Shown here piece by piece: positions 49,603 through 60,618 of a stretch of 64,000 bases of DNA. Origin of the DNA: Promethearchaeati archaeon. GTDB lineage: Archaea > Asgardarchaeota > Heimdallarchaeia > Heimdallarchaeales > Heimdallarchaeaceae. The stretch's first letter is position 1. Each line of letters opens with the position of its first letter. Location: the NCBI GenBank assembly GCA_013166775.1, contig JABLTJ010000007.1:1-64000 (forward strand). Reading direction: 5' to 3'. A program made the translations under genes and the position numbers. The notes under the pieces are model-generated. The model did not search any database and had not been told where the DNA came from. It saw nothing but the letters and a program-made list of their open reading frames with translations.

Positions 49603-49795
49603 TTGAAAAAAAAGCGCAAGATAACAATAATCTTTGTTTTGGTATTGATTATGCTTGCATTTTCTCTTAATTTATCTAAAGCTAAACACTTGGGAACTGA
49701 TACCTGAAGATACTTCTTTCTCAATGATTAGTTTCTTGATCTCACTGAATCTTGTAGTTATTGCTATTCTACTGAGAAGAAAAATAAAGAAATAG
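49603..49795 (+). pseudogene. Internally deleted surface-protein gene: signal peptide joined out of frame to C-terminal anchor
   Basis: TTG 49603: MKKKRKITIIFVLVLIMLAFSLNLSKAKHLGTDT*; other frame ...ELIPEDTSFSMISFLISLNLVVIAILLRRKIKK* (TAG 49793-49795). Confidence 0.5.
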
Positions 49796-50028
49796 GAGAA
49801 CAATAATTAAATTATATGAAAAGAAGAAAGGAGCGTATTTTTTTTTATCGTTAGTAATCCTAACTTTGCACTTTTCTTTAACTATTTTTTTACGATTTTT
49901 TCTTAAAAACTTTTGATTGAAATTTCATGCATAATACTTAAATAGATATAAAAGGACTTCAAGATTTGATACTTTAGTACTGACACAGGGGGTTTTGGTT
50001 TCAATTCAACAGTGAATAATTTAAAAAA

Positions 50029-53000
50029 GTGAAAGTAAAAATGAAAAATAAACTAACAAAAAAAATTTATTTTATTTGCTTAGTTTCTTTACTTTTGATT
50101 TCATCTACAGGAACTGTTTTCTGTACAACAACTACTTCATCATATGACTTTACAAACATTACAAAACCAAATTCTCAGACTGAAAATTTTTTAGAAGATT
50201 TTCAATTAACTGATAAACCTTCAAGTGCTATAAATGATTATAATTCACCTTGGACTAACGATTCAACTGGTTTTGAACATTCTGATATAGAAAATAATCC
50301 TAACACTAGACCTAATCCTTTCAATAATCCATTCTTCGAGGATGAAGATGAGATTATAGCATTTGGTAGCTTGTCTGATGAATATCTCTTTTCAGGTTTT
50401 AATCCTGAAGCTCTTGTAAAGAAGATTAGTGGTAATAAAATAGAATTTATTATAGCTTTGCAGCAAGATACCGATCCTTCTATACTTTACGAATACCTTT
50501 CAAGTTTCAATATTGATATATCTGAATATCTACCAGGGATCAATGTATTGCTAGCAAATGTTCCTGTCAATCTTGCCTTTAATCCTACTTCAAACCTCAT
50601 AAATGATATCACAAACAAACCTTTTGTGAAATATGTAGAACCAAACTATTACTGTACTTCAGCATATATTCCAAATGATCCTAGTTGGGATCTGCAATGG
50701 GGTTCTCAATTGATTGGAATGGAATCTGCATGGGACTTCCAATTAGGTTCAACAGATGTTAAAGTTGCTATTATTGATTCAGGTATAGATTATACTCACC
50801 CAGATTTAGTTGCTAACTATTTACCAATCGGTTATGATTGGATAAATGATGATTCCGATCCGATGGATGATCATGGTCATGGTACTCACTGTGCAGGTGT
50901 AGTCGCTGCCTCTATTGGCAATGCATTAGGTATAGCAGGTATTGCAAATGTTTCCTTCTTTGCTGAGAAGTTTCTTGGTTCCGATAATTACGGTTCATAT
51001 GTGGATGCAGCCAATGCAATCATACATGCAACTGATATGGGAGCTGATATTTTAAGCAACAGTTGGGGAGGTTACGGATATTCTGATGTACTTGCTGATG
51101 CTGTAGAATACGCTTTGAGTAACGATGTGATTTTCACTGCTGCTGCAATGAATGATGCAACTAGTATAGCACCATATCCTGCTTCTCTTCCAGGAGTAAT
51201 TGCTGTTAGTGCAACTAATCCCTCTGACACTTTAGCTTCTTTCTCTAACTATGGAGATTGGATCGATATTGCCGCTCCAGGAGTTGGCATTTATTCCACT
51301 TATCCAGGAAATAGCTATGTCTCTTGGGATGGCACATCAATGGCTACCCCTCATGTTTCAGGATTAGCAGCTCTTTTACTATCTCAATATCCTAGCTACA
51401 CTTCAGATCAAATCGAGCAATTAATAATGAACACTGCTGTTGATTTGGGAGATCCTGGTTTTGATATCTCTTTTGGCTGGGGACGAATAGATGCTAGTAC
51501 AGCTATATTTGGATTTCAAGATCATGACTTGAGAGCGATTCTACATGCTTCTTCAATAGTGCCCGTAGATTTACCAACACTGATTATAGGTCAGTGTCAG
51601 AATCTAGGACTAGAAACAGAATACGATGTACCTATAAACTTGTTCTTAGACGGAATTCTTGTAAATTCTACGATAATTCCTGTAATAAACAGTAGAGAAA
51701 TCTTTGAAATTACTCATGAATTCTATCCCTCCGAAGAAAAAGTATACTCTGCATCTATTGAAATCGATGTAGTTCCAGGTGAAATAAACATCGCAAATAA
51801 TATCATGGAAAAAGGAATCAATGCAGTGCATAAGCAGATTACTCCCGAAATTGGAGATAAGATGGGCTATAATGGATTCGGTTACGAATATTCTGATATA
51901 TCACCTTTCTATCTTAATTTCGAAATTGTTGGTATTCTTTCAGATACGGAATATGAAATTCTGATGACATATTTTGACTATGAATCAAAAAGTGAATATT
52001 CAGATTACTATATTTTAAATCCATATACAAGAGAATTTGTTGGAAATTGGGACGCTTTTCCATATTGGATAAATGCTACTAAATTATCTATTGGATCATA
52101 TGTAGATATCTTCACTTATGGAGGACAAGAAGGACAAGTAATAGATGAAACTATCGTCGATTATTACGGTACTCCAATTAATGCTTGGGTAGTTCAATGG
52201 ATTTACGATGATTTCTATGATACTCTAATCTACAGTAAAGGAGATGGTATCCTACTGGATGTAACTATTCCTGATTACGGATCATATTTTAATATAGTTT
52301 ATACTAATATCGAATTTGCTACATGGAATGTTCATAACTTAAAAGGTGTTATTGCACCAGTAACTGCAATATTAAACACTCCAACAACAGTTGAGGTTCT
52401 CCTACATAATACTGGAAATTTTGATGAATACTTAAATGCAACATTGAACATAAATGGCTTAACATATGAAGTGGAGAATTACTATCTCATACCTGATGGA
52501 TATGTCTATCTTTATTTTGACTGGACACCGATGGTAGAAGGAGATTATACAATCACTTTGGAAGTTGATCCAACTTATGATGAATATTATCTAGATGATA
52601 ACTTCGATGAAATGATAGTGGAAATAGTTGACATCTCAGATCTTGGTTTTATCAGTGTCTATGTTTACGATGACAATACGATGTTACCACTAGATTCAGC
52701 AGAAGTCTATGTTTTCGATTCAGATTGGGAAATGGTAGACTATGGATTTACAGATATTGATGGTTTCTACAATGTTACAGGATTGTATGTAGATGAATAC
52801 TATATAGAAATCTATAGAGAAGGTTACAGTTATGCTGCTCAATATGTACAAATAGATTACATCGGTGAAGGAGAATATGTCTACTTCTATCTAATAGGAT
52901 ATAGTGTAGGATATAGCTATATTGAAGTCTATGTCTATAACAGTCTTACTTACGAACCAATGGTGGATGTTTATCTAGATCTATACGAATTTGGAGATTG

Positions 53001-55443
53001 GAGAGATTACGGAAACACAGATATTAACGGATTCTATAATTTTACATATCTTGGAGTAAGTTCATATGATATTTATGCATGGTATCCAGGTTTCTTCGAC
53101 CAGATGGAATCTGTCACTATAAATTGGGATGGTGAAGGAGTAGTAGTTAACTTCTTCCTTGAACCTGTTACCTATGGAGATAGTTTCATTGAAGTCTATG
53201 TATATGATAGTATAACCTTTGATCCAATTCCAGACGCTTATGTCTACACTTATGATGAGTATTGGAATTACATAGGCTGGGGATACACTGATTTTGACGG
53301 ATTCTACAACATCACGAATCTAGGTGTTGGTGGATACTATGTGGAAGTCTATGCATATGATTACTACTGGCAAACTCAATATGCTGTAATTGATTTTGAT
53401 GGAGAAGCTGAATATCTGTACTTCTATTTAGATCCAGAATCAGCTCCAGGAGAAGGATTCATAGAAGTCTATGTTTACGATGATATAACCTATGACCCAA
53501 TCGAATATGCATTTGTTGATGTGTATGATGATTATTGGAATTATATCGACTCAGGAATGACTGATTTTAATGGATTTTACAATGTTACAGGTTTAGGTGT
53601 AAATGGATACCATGTAGAAGTCTATGCAGAAGGATACGATTGGCAATCTCAATATACTACAATTGATTATGATGGAGAAGCAGAATACATGTACTTCTAT
53701 TTATATCAAGAATCAGTTTATCATGAAATTTTCTTATATAACCCAGACGAAGGAGAAACAATAGAAGGTGGAAGCGTTGAAGTCTATTATTATTCAGAGG
53801 ATATTTACGAACTCTATGTTCTAGAAATCTATGTAAACGGAGAATTCATCAGTTACATATATAATGATCCTTACATTCCTCTTTTGATTGTACCTATTTT
53901 CCAAGAAGGAGTGAATACTATAGAACTAGTTGGATATTTCTATGATGGAGGAATTGCTTCTGTTTCAGTATCAATCAATTCCATTAATGTAGTACCTATA
54001 ATAAATGTAGATGTTGGAGATTACTTGTTTATGCAAGTAGATCAATTTAATGCTCCAAAATACCATTACTTCTTCTTCACATTTGATGAATGGGTTTCTA
54101 CATACGAAATAAATGCATCTGTGATTGTCGAAAGATATGAAAATGATGTACTCTATGAATATTCAGAATTTTGGCTTGTAATAAATATTCTAAACGGATA
54201 TATACCTGAAGCAAACATGTGGTGGTTAAATCAGAAATTTATCTTCTTTACCGCAATTGACAGCCCTTCAAATACTGGAGAGTATGCTGACTATGGGGAT
54301 TGGTTCTCTTTCTGGTATTGGAATGATTTGTTTATTATACATGAAACAACATATTGGGGCGACAATGAAGTTTGGATGGCAAATAACACTTATGGTGATT
54401 TTGCATACATAGATAAGAATTCAGCACTTCTGCTCTATTATGAATCACCTGATTACTATTCGATGTATATCTTAGATACTAATATTCTCCAACCACCTGA
54501 TACAGAACCCCCAATCGTAGTTGATACTCCAGACTTATTCATGGAATATGGATCAGTTGATAACTACATTGAATGGGTAGCAACAGATGCATTACCTGAT
54601 TACTACATAATTGTTAAAGATGGAGAATTCATTGATGAGGGTACTTGGTTATCCAATGTTCAAGTGATAATCTGTATTGACGGTTTAGAAATAGGAACTT
54701 ATGAATATATCATAATTTTCGTAGACTTAGCTGGTAACTATGCTTGGGATACAGTAATGGTAACTGTAGTTGATTCAACAGCACCAGAAATTTTAGGACC
54801 ATATGACATAACATACGAAGGAGGAACAACAGGCCATCAACTAGTTTGGATGGCATCCGATTTCCATCCTTATGGTTTCACAATCTTTTTGGATGGAGTG
54901 GAACTGATTAATGGATCTTGGATTAATGATTTTCCCATATTCCTAAACATTGATGAATTAGATCCTGGTGTTTATGAATATTCAATATCATTTGTAGACT
55001 TATACGGAAATGAAATGACAGATTCTGTAATCGTAACTGTAGTAGATACAATTGCTCCTATTATTCCTTATCCACCAGAAGATATAATCCTAAAGCCAGG
55101 AAAAGGAGATGCAAAAGATGGCTTTGAGATAACTTGGATTGCGTTAGACAGTTTTGCATCTCATTACGAATTGTACTTAAACAATGAATTAATCTCTACT
55201 GGTGGATGGCAGTCTGGTATTCCAATTTACATATATATGGTAATCTTCATCCCAGGTGAATACGAGTTTGTACTAAACCTTTATGACTACTCAGGAAACA
55301 TGATAGCTGATAGTGTTTTAGTAACAATCAGTAGAGTTGGAAGAGTTGATGGATTCGCTTCATACTTATCATTCTTCTCACTTATCGGATTAGCAGTAAT
55401 ATTCAACCTAGTAAAGAAACGAAGAAAGAAAATTACAAAATAA
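50029..55443 (+). CDS. 1804-aa membrane-anchored S8 subtilase (thermitase-like) with CARDB/Ig-like and carboxypeptidase-regulatory-like repeats
   Basis: AIIDSGIDYTHPDL; HGHGTHCAG; GTSMATPHVSG; signal peptide; C-terminal TM plus KKRRKK. Confidence 0.92.
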   Translation: MKVKMKNKLTKKIYFICLVSLLLISSTGTVFCTTTTSSYDFTNITKPNSQTENFLEDFQLTDKPSSAINDYNSPWTNDSTGFEHSDIENNPNTRPNPFNNPFFEDEDEIIAFGSLSDEYLFSGFNPEALVKKISGNKIEFIIALQQDTDPSILYEYLSSFNIDISEYLPGINVLLANVPVNLAFNPTSNLINDITNKPFVKYVEPNYYCTSAYIPNDPSWDLQWGSQLIGMESAWDFQLGSTDVKVAIIDSGIDYTHPDLVANYLPIGYDWINDDSDPMDDHGHGTHCAGVVAASIGNALGIAGIANVSFFAEKFLGSDNYGSYVDAANAIIHATDMGADILSNSWGGYGYSDVLADAVEYALSNDVIFTAAAMNDATSIAPYPASLPGVIAVSATNPSDTLASFSNYGDWIDIAAPGVGIYSTYPGNSYVSWDGTSMATPHVSGLAALLLSQYPSYTSDQIEQLIMNTAVDLGDPGFDISFGWGRIDASTAIFGFQDHDLRAILHASSIVPVDLPTLIIGQCQNLGLETEYDVPINLFLDGILVNSTIIPVINSREIFEITHEFYPSEEKVYSASIEIDVVPGEINIANNIMEKGINAVHKQITPEIGDKMGYNGFGYEYSDISPFYLNFEIVGILSDTEYEILMTYFDYESKSEYSDYYILNPYTREFVGNWDAFPYWINATKLSIGSYVDIFTYGGQEGQVIDETIVDYYGTPINAWVVQWIYDDFYDTLIYSKGDGILLDVTIPDYGSYFNIVYTNIEFATWNVHNLKGVIAPVTAILNTPTTVEVLLHNTGNFDEYLNATLNINGLTYEVENYYLIPDGYVYLYFDWTPMVEGDYTITLEVDPTYDEYYLDDNFDEMIVEIVDISDLGFISVYVYDDNTMLPLDSAEVYVFDSDWEMVDYGFTDIDGFYNVTGLYVDEYYIEIYREGYSYAAQYVQIDYIGEGEYVYFYLIGYSVGYSYIEVYVYNSLTYEPMVDVYLDLYEFGDWRDYGNTDINGFYNFTYLGVSSYDIYAWYPGFFDQMESVTINWDGEGVVVNFFLEPVTYGDSFIEVYVYDSITFDPIPDAYVYTYDEYWNYIGWGYTDFDGFYNITNLGVGGYYVEVYAYDYYWQTQYAVIDFDGEAEYLYFYLDPESAPGEGFIEVYVYDDITYDPIEYAFVDVYDDYWNYIDSGMTDFNGFYNVTGLGVNGYHVEVYAEGYDWQSQYTTIDYDGEAEYMYFYLYQESVYHEIFLYNPDEGETIEGGSVEVYYYSEDIYELYVLEIYVNGEFISYIYNDPYIPLLIVPIFQEGVNTIELVGYFYDGGIASVSVSINSINVVPIINVDVGDYLFMQVDQFNAPKYHYFFFTFDEWVSTYEINASVIVERYENDVLYEYSEFWLVINILNGYIPEANMWWLNQKFIFFTAIDSPSNTGEYADYGDWFSFWYWNDLFIIHETTYWGDNEVWMANNTYGDFAYIDKNSALLLYYESPDYYSMYILDTNILQPPDTEPPIVVDTPDLFMEYGSVDNYIEWVATDALPDYYIIVKDGEFIDEGTWLSNVQVIICIDGLEIGTYEYIIIFVDLAGNYAWDTVMVTVVDSTAPEILGPYDITYEGGTTGHQLVWMASDFHPYGFTIFLDGVELINGSWINDFPIFLNIDELDPGVYEYSISFVDLYGNEMTDSVIVTVVDTIAPIIPYPPEDIILKPGKGDAKDGFEITWIALDSFASHYELYLNNELISTGGWQSGIPIYIYMVIFIPGEYEFVLNLYDYSGNMIADSVLVTISRVGRVDGFASYLSFFSLIGLAVIFNLVKKRRKKITK
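52645..53703 (+). repeat. Four ~89-aa (~270 nt) Tyr/Asp-rich domain repeats inside the protease
   Basis: I(S/E)VYVY...P...V...G.TD..GFYN.T.L....Y...Q...I...GE...F(Y/F)L, four copies. Confidence 0.8.
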
Positions 55444-55518
55444 TTCTCTTTTTTTCTTTTTTTTATTTATTTTAGCATACAAATAAATAAGATAAATTAT
55501 AACTCTACTTGATAGATT

Positions 55519-56463
55519 ATGGTTAAAATTGTCAATCTTGAAGAAATAAAGAATATTTTGCAAATGATCAATCCCATCGAGATAATAGAAGAAGGATTTA
55601 TAGCTTATTCTAAAGGAAAAGTTACTGTCCCACCTGTTGGTGAAATGGTTTTTGATGACCCTCCTGGTGAGTGTCATATCAAATACGGTTTCATTAAAGA
55701 TGACGATTATTTTGTTATCAAAGTAGCCACAGGTTTCTATGAAAACCATAAAATCAATCTTCCTGCTTTTGATGGTTTGATGCTTCTATTTAGTCAGAAG
55801 ACTGGTCAACTACTTAGTGTTCTCTTAGACAATGGTCATCTAACTAATATTCGAACAGCTTCCGCTGGTGCTATTGCAGCTAAATACATGGCACCAAAGA
55901 ATGTAAGAAGAATCGGTGTGTTTGGAGCTGGTACTCATGGGAGATTGCAGCCTATTTACTTGCAGAAAGTTCTCAACTGTAAAGATATAATCACATGGGG
56001 TATCAATCAAGAAGAACTAGAAGTTTATAAGAAGGATATGAAAGAGTTAGGTTTCAATGTACAAACGACTCAAGAACCTGAAGATATCACATCAACTTGT
56101 AATCTAATTGTAACTTGCACTCCTTCAAAAGAACCTTTGATTTTTGTTGATCAAATAAAAGAAGGAACTCATATCACTGCTTTGGGTTCAGATACTCCCG
56201 AAAAACAAGAAATTGATTCAGCTATTTTGAAAAAAGCTGATAGATTAATTGTAGATAGTGTTGAACAATGTTTACTAAGAGGAGAGAGTTTCAAAGCTTT
56301 GCAGAATAAGATGATCAAGAAGGAAAAAATGATTGAATTAGGGGATATGATAATCAATAAAGATCTACAAAGACAAACTGATGATGAGATAACTGTTGTT
56401 GACTTAACAGGAGTAGCTGTTCAAGATATCCAAATTTCGAAAGCGATATGGGAAGCTCCTTAA
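55519..56463 (+). CDS. Ornithine cyclodeaminase/mu-crystallin family protein
   Basis: LTNIRTASAGAIA; GVFGAG; GTHITALGSD; DLTGVAVQD. Confidence 0.92.
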   Translation: MVKIVNLEEIKNILQMINPIEIIEEGFIAYSKGKVTVPPVGEMVFDDPPGECHIKYGFIKDDDYFVIKVATGFYENHKINLPAFDGLMLLFSQKTGQLLSVLLDNGHLTNIRTASAGAIAAKYMAPKNVRRIGVFGAGTHGRLQPIYLQKVLNCKDIITWGINQEELEVYKKDMKELGFNVQTTQEPEDITSTCNLIVTCTPSKEPLIFVDQIKEGTHITALGSDTPEKQEIDSAILKKADRLIVDSVEQCLLRGESFKALQNKMIKKEKMIELGDMIINKDLQRQTDDEITVVDLTGVAVQDIQISKAIWEAP

Positions 56464-56579
56464 TCAAAAAAACAGATAGTAACTTATTCAATAGATATAT
56501 AGAACTGTCTCATTATAGTATCATTTTCATTTGCTAGTAAATATTATATATTTCAAGTAAATAACTAGTTACTACATAA

Positions 56580-57865
56580 GTAAGTGAGTTTATAACACCA
56601 CACAAAATAAAAAAACTAAATTCAATTATAAGAGTAACTATTTTTTCTATACTCCTTATTCTATTTTGTAGCAATTCTATGCTAAGTTTTGCACAAGATG
56701 AAAATTACACACCTGAAGATTTATTCAACGAAGTATTTGAGGATAAAATACTTGAAAAATGGAAATAGCAAAAGTTCCTTCAAGTACTATAGGGATAATT
56801 CATGAAGATGAAATAGTCTATATGAATTCTCTAGGAGAACAAACCCATATTAATACTTCATATCACATGGGCTCGCTTCCCAAAAGTATCTGTGCAACAG
56901 CTATTCTCCAGCTTTATGAGGATAATTTGCTTGATATCTATAATCCTATCAACGATTATTTACCTTTCAAGATAGAAAATTGGAAATCACCAGATGTTAA
57001 CATTACAATTTATCATTTATTAATCCACAAATCTGGAATACAAATCACAGATGAATATAATTCGAATCTCTTCTTGTTTAAGAACATCTCATTTCCTGAC
57101 TACTTATACGAATTTTTGCATATTAATGGATCTAAGTATTCTCAAGAGATATTTCATGCAGGAGTAGGAACCCTCTATGAATATTGCAACGTTAACTATA
57201 ATTTGCTAGCCTATTTGGTTCAGATAATTTCTGGTAAACCTTATGAAGATTATCTGCGAGATAACATTTTCAAACTCTTCGGAGTTGACAATTCACGCTT
57301 TAATCATACTGATTATCCAGACGAGATGCTAGCTAAAGTATATTATTTAGATTCTTCTGAAAATTTAGTTGAAGCAGAAAAGTATACAGATCTCAATTAT
57401 GGTGCTGGTTCTCTAATATCAGCTGTAATCGATATAACACATTTTATGGGCGCTCATATGAATGAAGGTATATTTAACGGAGTTAGATTACTTAACGAAA
57501 CTACTGTAGAACTTATGCATTCTAGTCATGCAGATGATTATGGTTTGGGATGGTTCTTAGAGAGACCTGATTTAATTGCTGAACCTAGAATAGAAGGATT
57601 TGGAGGACTTGGTTATGGAGCTAGATCATATATGCAGTTCAATGCAAATCAGAGAGTTGGTGTTGTTCTTTTAACAAATATGTTTGATCAGAGGTATAAT
57701 GATGAAAACAATGAAATCTTCAGATATATTTTCAAAAAGGCTCTCAAACTAAACGAGATAAATACTGAAGAAACAAATTCACTATCAGCAACTCTTGCTA
57801 TCTTAACAATGTTAACATTAGTATATTTTCTAAGAAGAAGAAGAAGAAGAAGAAAGAAACTTTAA
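56580..57865 (+). CDS. Anchored serine hydrolase (class C beta-lactamase-like); signal-peptide region frameshifted from the 56759 ORF
   Basis: SLPK (SxxK); LLIHKSG; YCN; YGLGW; C-terminal TM plus R7KK. Upstream frame ...IFSILLILFCSNSMLSFAQDENY...KILEK joins if one A is added at 56755-56759. Confidence 0.8.
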
Positions 57866-57923
57866 TTCTTTCCTTTTTTTTGCCTTCGTAGTCACTTTTT
57901 TAATTATCGAAGGTATACTCAGC

Positions 57924-58205
57924 TTGTTTCATATGCTTTCAGATGATATGACCTGTCCAAAATGCTTTACAAGTGAAATTACAATTCTTGAGAAAAAAGA
58001 AACTTTTCATCTTGATCAAGGAGTTTTGTACAAAATTGTCCACGTTACACTTGTATGTAAAAAAGGATGCTGGCATAATTGGCTTGAGTATTATAGAATC
58101 AAATTAAAAGATTTCAAAGAAGAAGAGAGGATAACAAGATTGCCTATTTTTGAAGAAGAAATAATTAGTCCAAGAGAAGTTTCATTCCAAGAAAGAGAAG
58201 AATAA
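57924..58205 (+). CDS. Small putative zinc-binding protein
   Basis: TCPKC...CKKGCWH. Confidence 0.55.
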   Translation: MFHMLSDDMTCPKCFTSEITILEKKETFHLDQGVLYKIVHVTLVCKKGCWHNWLEYYRIKLKDFKEEERITRLPIFEEEIISPREVSFQEREE

Positions 58206-58210
58206 AGGAT

Positions 58211-59404
58211 TTAACTTACTTCGGTTTTTATTGCTTTGTAAATCCAGTTCATTATTTCTTCTAGTATTGTTCTTGGACACGCAACATTCAGTCTTTCAAA
58301 ACCTTCTCCACCTAAACCGAACATAGCTCCATTATCTAGAGCTACCTTAGCTTTCTTCAACAAGAATTCTTTTCTATCTTCATCATTCATTCCTAAAGAG
58401 CTGAAATCTAACCAAGCAAGATATGTTCCTTCTGGTGTAACCATATCAACATCAGGCAAATTCTCTTCTAGAAAATTCTTCACATATCTGAAATTATCTA
58501 GAATATAATTCATTACTTGATCCAACCATTCATCTCCTTCACTATAAGCTGCCATCAAAGCAACTATTCCAAAAGCATTAGGAATCATCATACTATTTTT
58601 ACCGACAATACTATACTGAAATTCTTCTCTCATCTTCTCATTAGAAATTACTACATTTGATATCTGTAGACCAGCCATATTGAAGGTTTTACTTGGAGCT
58701 GAGCAAATAACAGAATTATCCATATATTCTTCTCCAAGAGTTGAGAATACTGTGTGTCTATATCCAGAGAGAATTAGATCATGGTGAATTTCATCAGAAA
58801 CAACTAGTACTTCATTTTCTAAACAAATGTCTCCAAGTTTTTTGAGTTCTGCTTCAGCCCAAACTCTACCCACAGGATTATGAGGACTACAAAGAACGAA
58901 CATCTTCGTTCTAGGATCTTTAGCTTGCTCCTCAAATTTCTCAAAATCAAAAGTGTACTTTTTGTTTTCATACTTTAATTGATTATTCAACATTTGTCTT
59001 CCATTATTCTGAACAGCAGAGAAGAAAGGATAGTATACTGGAGATTGAATAATGATTTTGTCACCAGGATTAGTAAAGGTTCTAATCATTACATTAACTG
59101 CTGGCATAACTCCAGGACTAAAGATAATCCAATCTTTGTCAATATCCCAATTGTGTCTTCTTTTCATCCAACCAATTATTGAATCATAAAACTCTGGTGT
59201 ACCGTGCCAACTATAACCATAAATCTGTTCTGCAGCTTTTTTCTTAACAGCTTCTATAACAGGTTCAGGACATTGGAAATCCATATCAGCAACCCATGCA
59301 GGTAGAACATCTTCTGTACCAAAGAACTCTTTCAGCACATGCTTATCCCATTTAACTGAATGAGTATTAGTTCTATCAATTACTCTATCAAAATCATATT
59401 TCAT
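58211..59404 (-). CDS. MalY/PatB family C-S lyase
   Basis: WVADMDF; LCSPHNPVGRVW; SDEIHHD; APSKTFN; EGTYLAWLD. Confidence 0.92.
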   Translation of the reverse strand: MKYDFDRVIDRTNTHSVKWDKHVLKEFFGTEDVLPAWVADMDFQCPEPVIEAVKKKAAEQIYGYSWHGTPEFYDSIIGWMKRRHNWDIDKDWIIFSPGVMPAVNVMIRTFTNPGDKIIIQSPVYYPFFSAVQNNGRQMLNNQLKYENKKYTFDFEKFEEQAKDPRTKMFVLCSPHNPVGRVWAEAELKKLGDICLENEVLVVSDEIHHDLILSGYRHTVFSTLGEEYMDNSVICSAPSKTFNMAGLQISNVVISNEKMREEFQYSIVGKNSMMIPNAFGIVALMAAYSEGDEWLDQVMNYILDNFRYVKNFLEENLPDVDMVTPEGTYLAWLDFSSLGMNDEDRKEFLLKKAKVALDNGAMFGLGGEGFERLNVACPRTILEEIMNWIYKAIKTEVS

Positions 59405-59631
59405 TTATTTTCAATTTAGAATATCTGAACTATTTTTAAAGATATAGAATTAATGAAACATAATAAAATAATGTTCGAAAGAAAAAGAGAAAAACTTAGA
59501 TGTATTCTTTCATTTTTCTCTTTTCTCATTTTTTGCTATCTTAAAGTAAACTGAAAAATATGCAAATCACATTTTTATTCTCTATGAAATAAACTTAATA
59601 AGAGATTACATTATTGTTTTTGAGATAGAAA

Positions 59632-60618
59632 ATGAAGAAAAGAGTGGGGCTACCACGAGCTTTGCTTTATTATAAATTTGAAGCGATGTGGAAAACGTTT
59701 TTTGAGGAACTTGGGGCTGAGGTTATTATTTCTCCAAAAACAAATAAAATAATCAAAGATTTAGCAGTTAGATATGCTCCTGATGAAGATTGTTATTCCA
59801 CAAAATTATATTTTGGACATGCTATTTATCTTAAAGATAAAGTAGATTACTTCTTCATACCAAGATTTGGTAGTGATCATGAAGTTAATGTTGGATGTCC
59901 TAAATTCATTGCTCTTGCCGAGGTTTTGGATTCTCTCTTTCCTGATTTTCCTGAGATTATAATGCCTTATTTTTCACAAGCTAAAGCAAACCATGGTAAG
60001 AGAAGAATTCTTAGAATTATATTCGATATTGGTTTCAAATTCACTTACAATCCTCTAAAAATTCTTAAAGCTGGAATTAGAGCTTTTAAAGCTCAAAGAG
60101 AGTCTGAAGCAAAATTACATATTTCTGAACAACAGTTAGAAACATGGATAGAATCTCAGATTTTTCTCAATGAAAAACCAAATTTAGAAATGAGAAACAA
60201 ACCATTGAAAATTGCTTTAGTTGGTCATTCTTATGTGTTAAATGATAACCTGGCTAATCAAGATATCAGAAGAAGATTATCACAAAAGGGTGTAGATATT
60301 ATAACATCTCTTCAGATGCCTAGATGTACAATTGAAGATCAGATGGAAAAACTTAATTTTAATTTATACTTCCAATATGAAAGAGAGATTCTTGGAACAG
60401 TTATGTATTTTCTAGAAAACAATACAATAGATGGAATATTGCAATTAGCTATTTTTAGTTGCGGACCAGATTCAATTATTTTAGAACTAGCTTCGAGATA
60501 CTCAAGAAGACAGCCTGAGACTCCATTATTACAACTAGTCATAGATGAACTCACATCCGAAGGAGGATTTATAACACGAATAGAAGCATTTCTTGATATG
60601 ATTGACAGGAGGAATTAA
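59632..60618 (+). CDS. Acyl-CoA dehydratase activase-related protein (DUF2229-like)
   Basis: VGLPRALLYY; CYSTKLYFGH; GCPKF; FSCGPDS; IDE...GFITRIEAFLD. Confidence 0.82.
   Translation: MKKRVGLPRALLYYKFEAMWKTFFEELGAEVIISPKTNKIIKDLAVRYAPDEDCYSTKLYFGHAIYLKDKVDYFFIPRFGSDHEVNVGCPKFIALAEVLDSLFPDFPEIIMPYFSQAKANHGKRRILRIIFDIGFKFTYNPLKILKAGIRAFKAQRESEAKLHISEQQLETWIESQIFLNEKPNLEMRNKPLKIALVGHSYVLNDNLANQDIRRRLSQKGVDIITSLQMPRCTIEDQMEKLNFNLYFQYEREILGTVMYFLENNTIDGILQLAIFSCGPDSIILELASRYSRRQPETPLLQLVIDELTSEGGFITRIEAFLDMIDRRN

Noticed and set aside
52645-53703. Protease repeats as a DGR template/variable pair
   Set aside because: Differences are not confined to adenines, all copies are in-frame domains, and there is no reverse transcriptase in the window
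1348-60554. Many other 60-190 aa ORFs nested in or antisense to long genes (e.g. 15949..16509, 27325..27702, 11349..11678)
   Set aside because: Shadow ORFs of well-supported genes with no independent motifs
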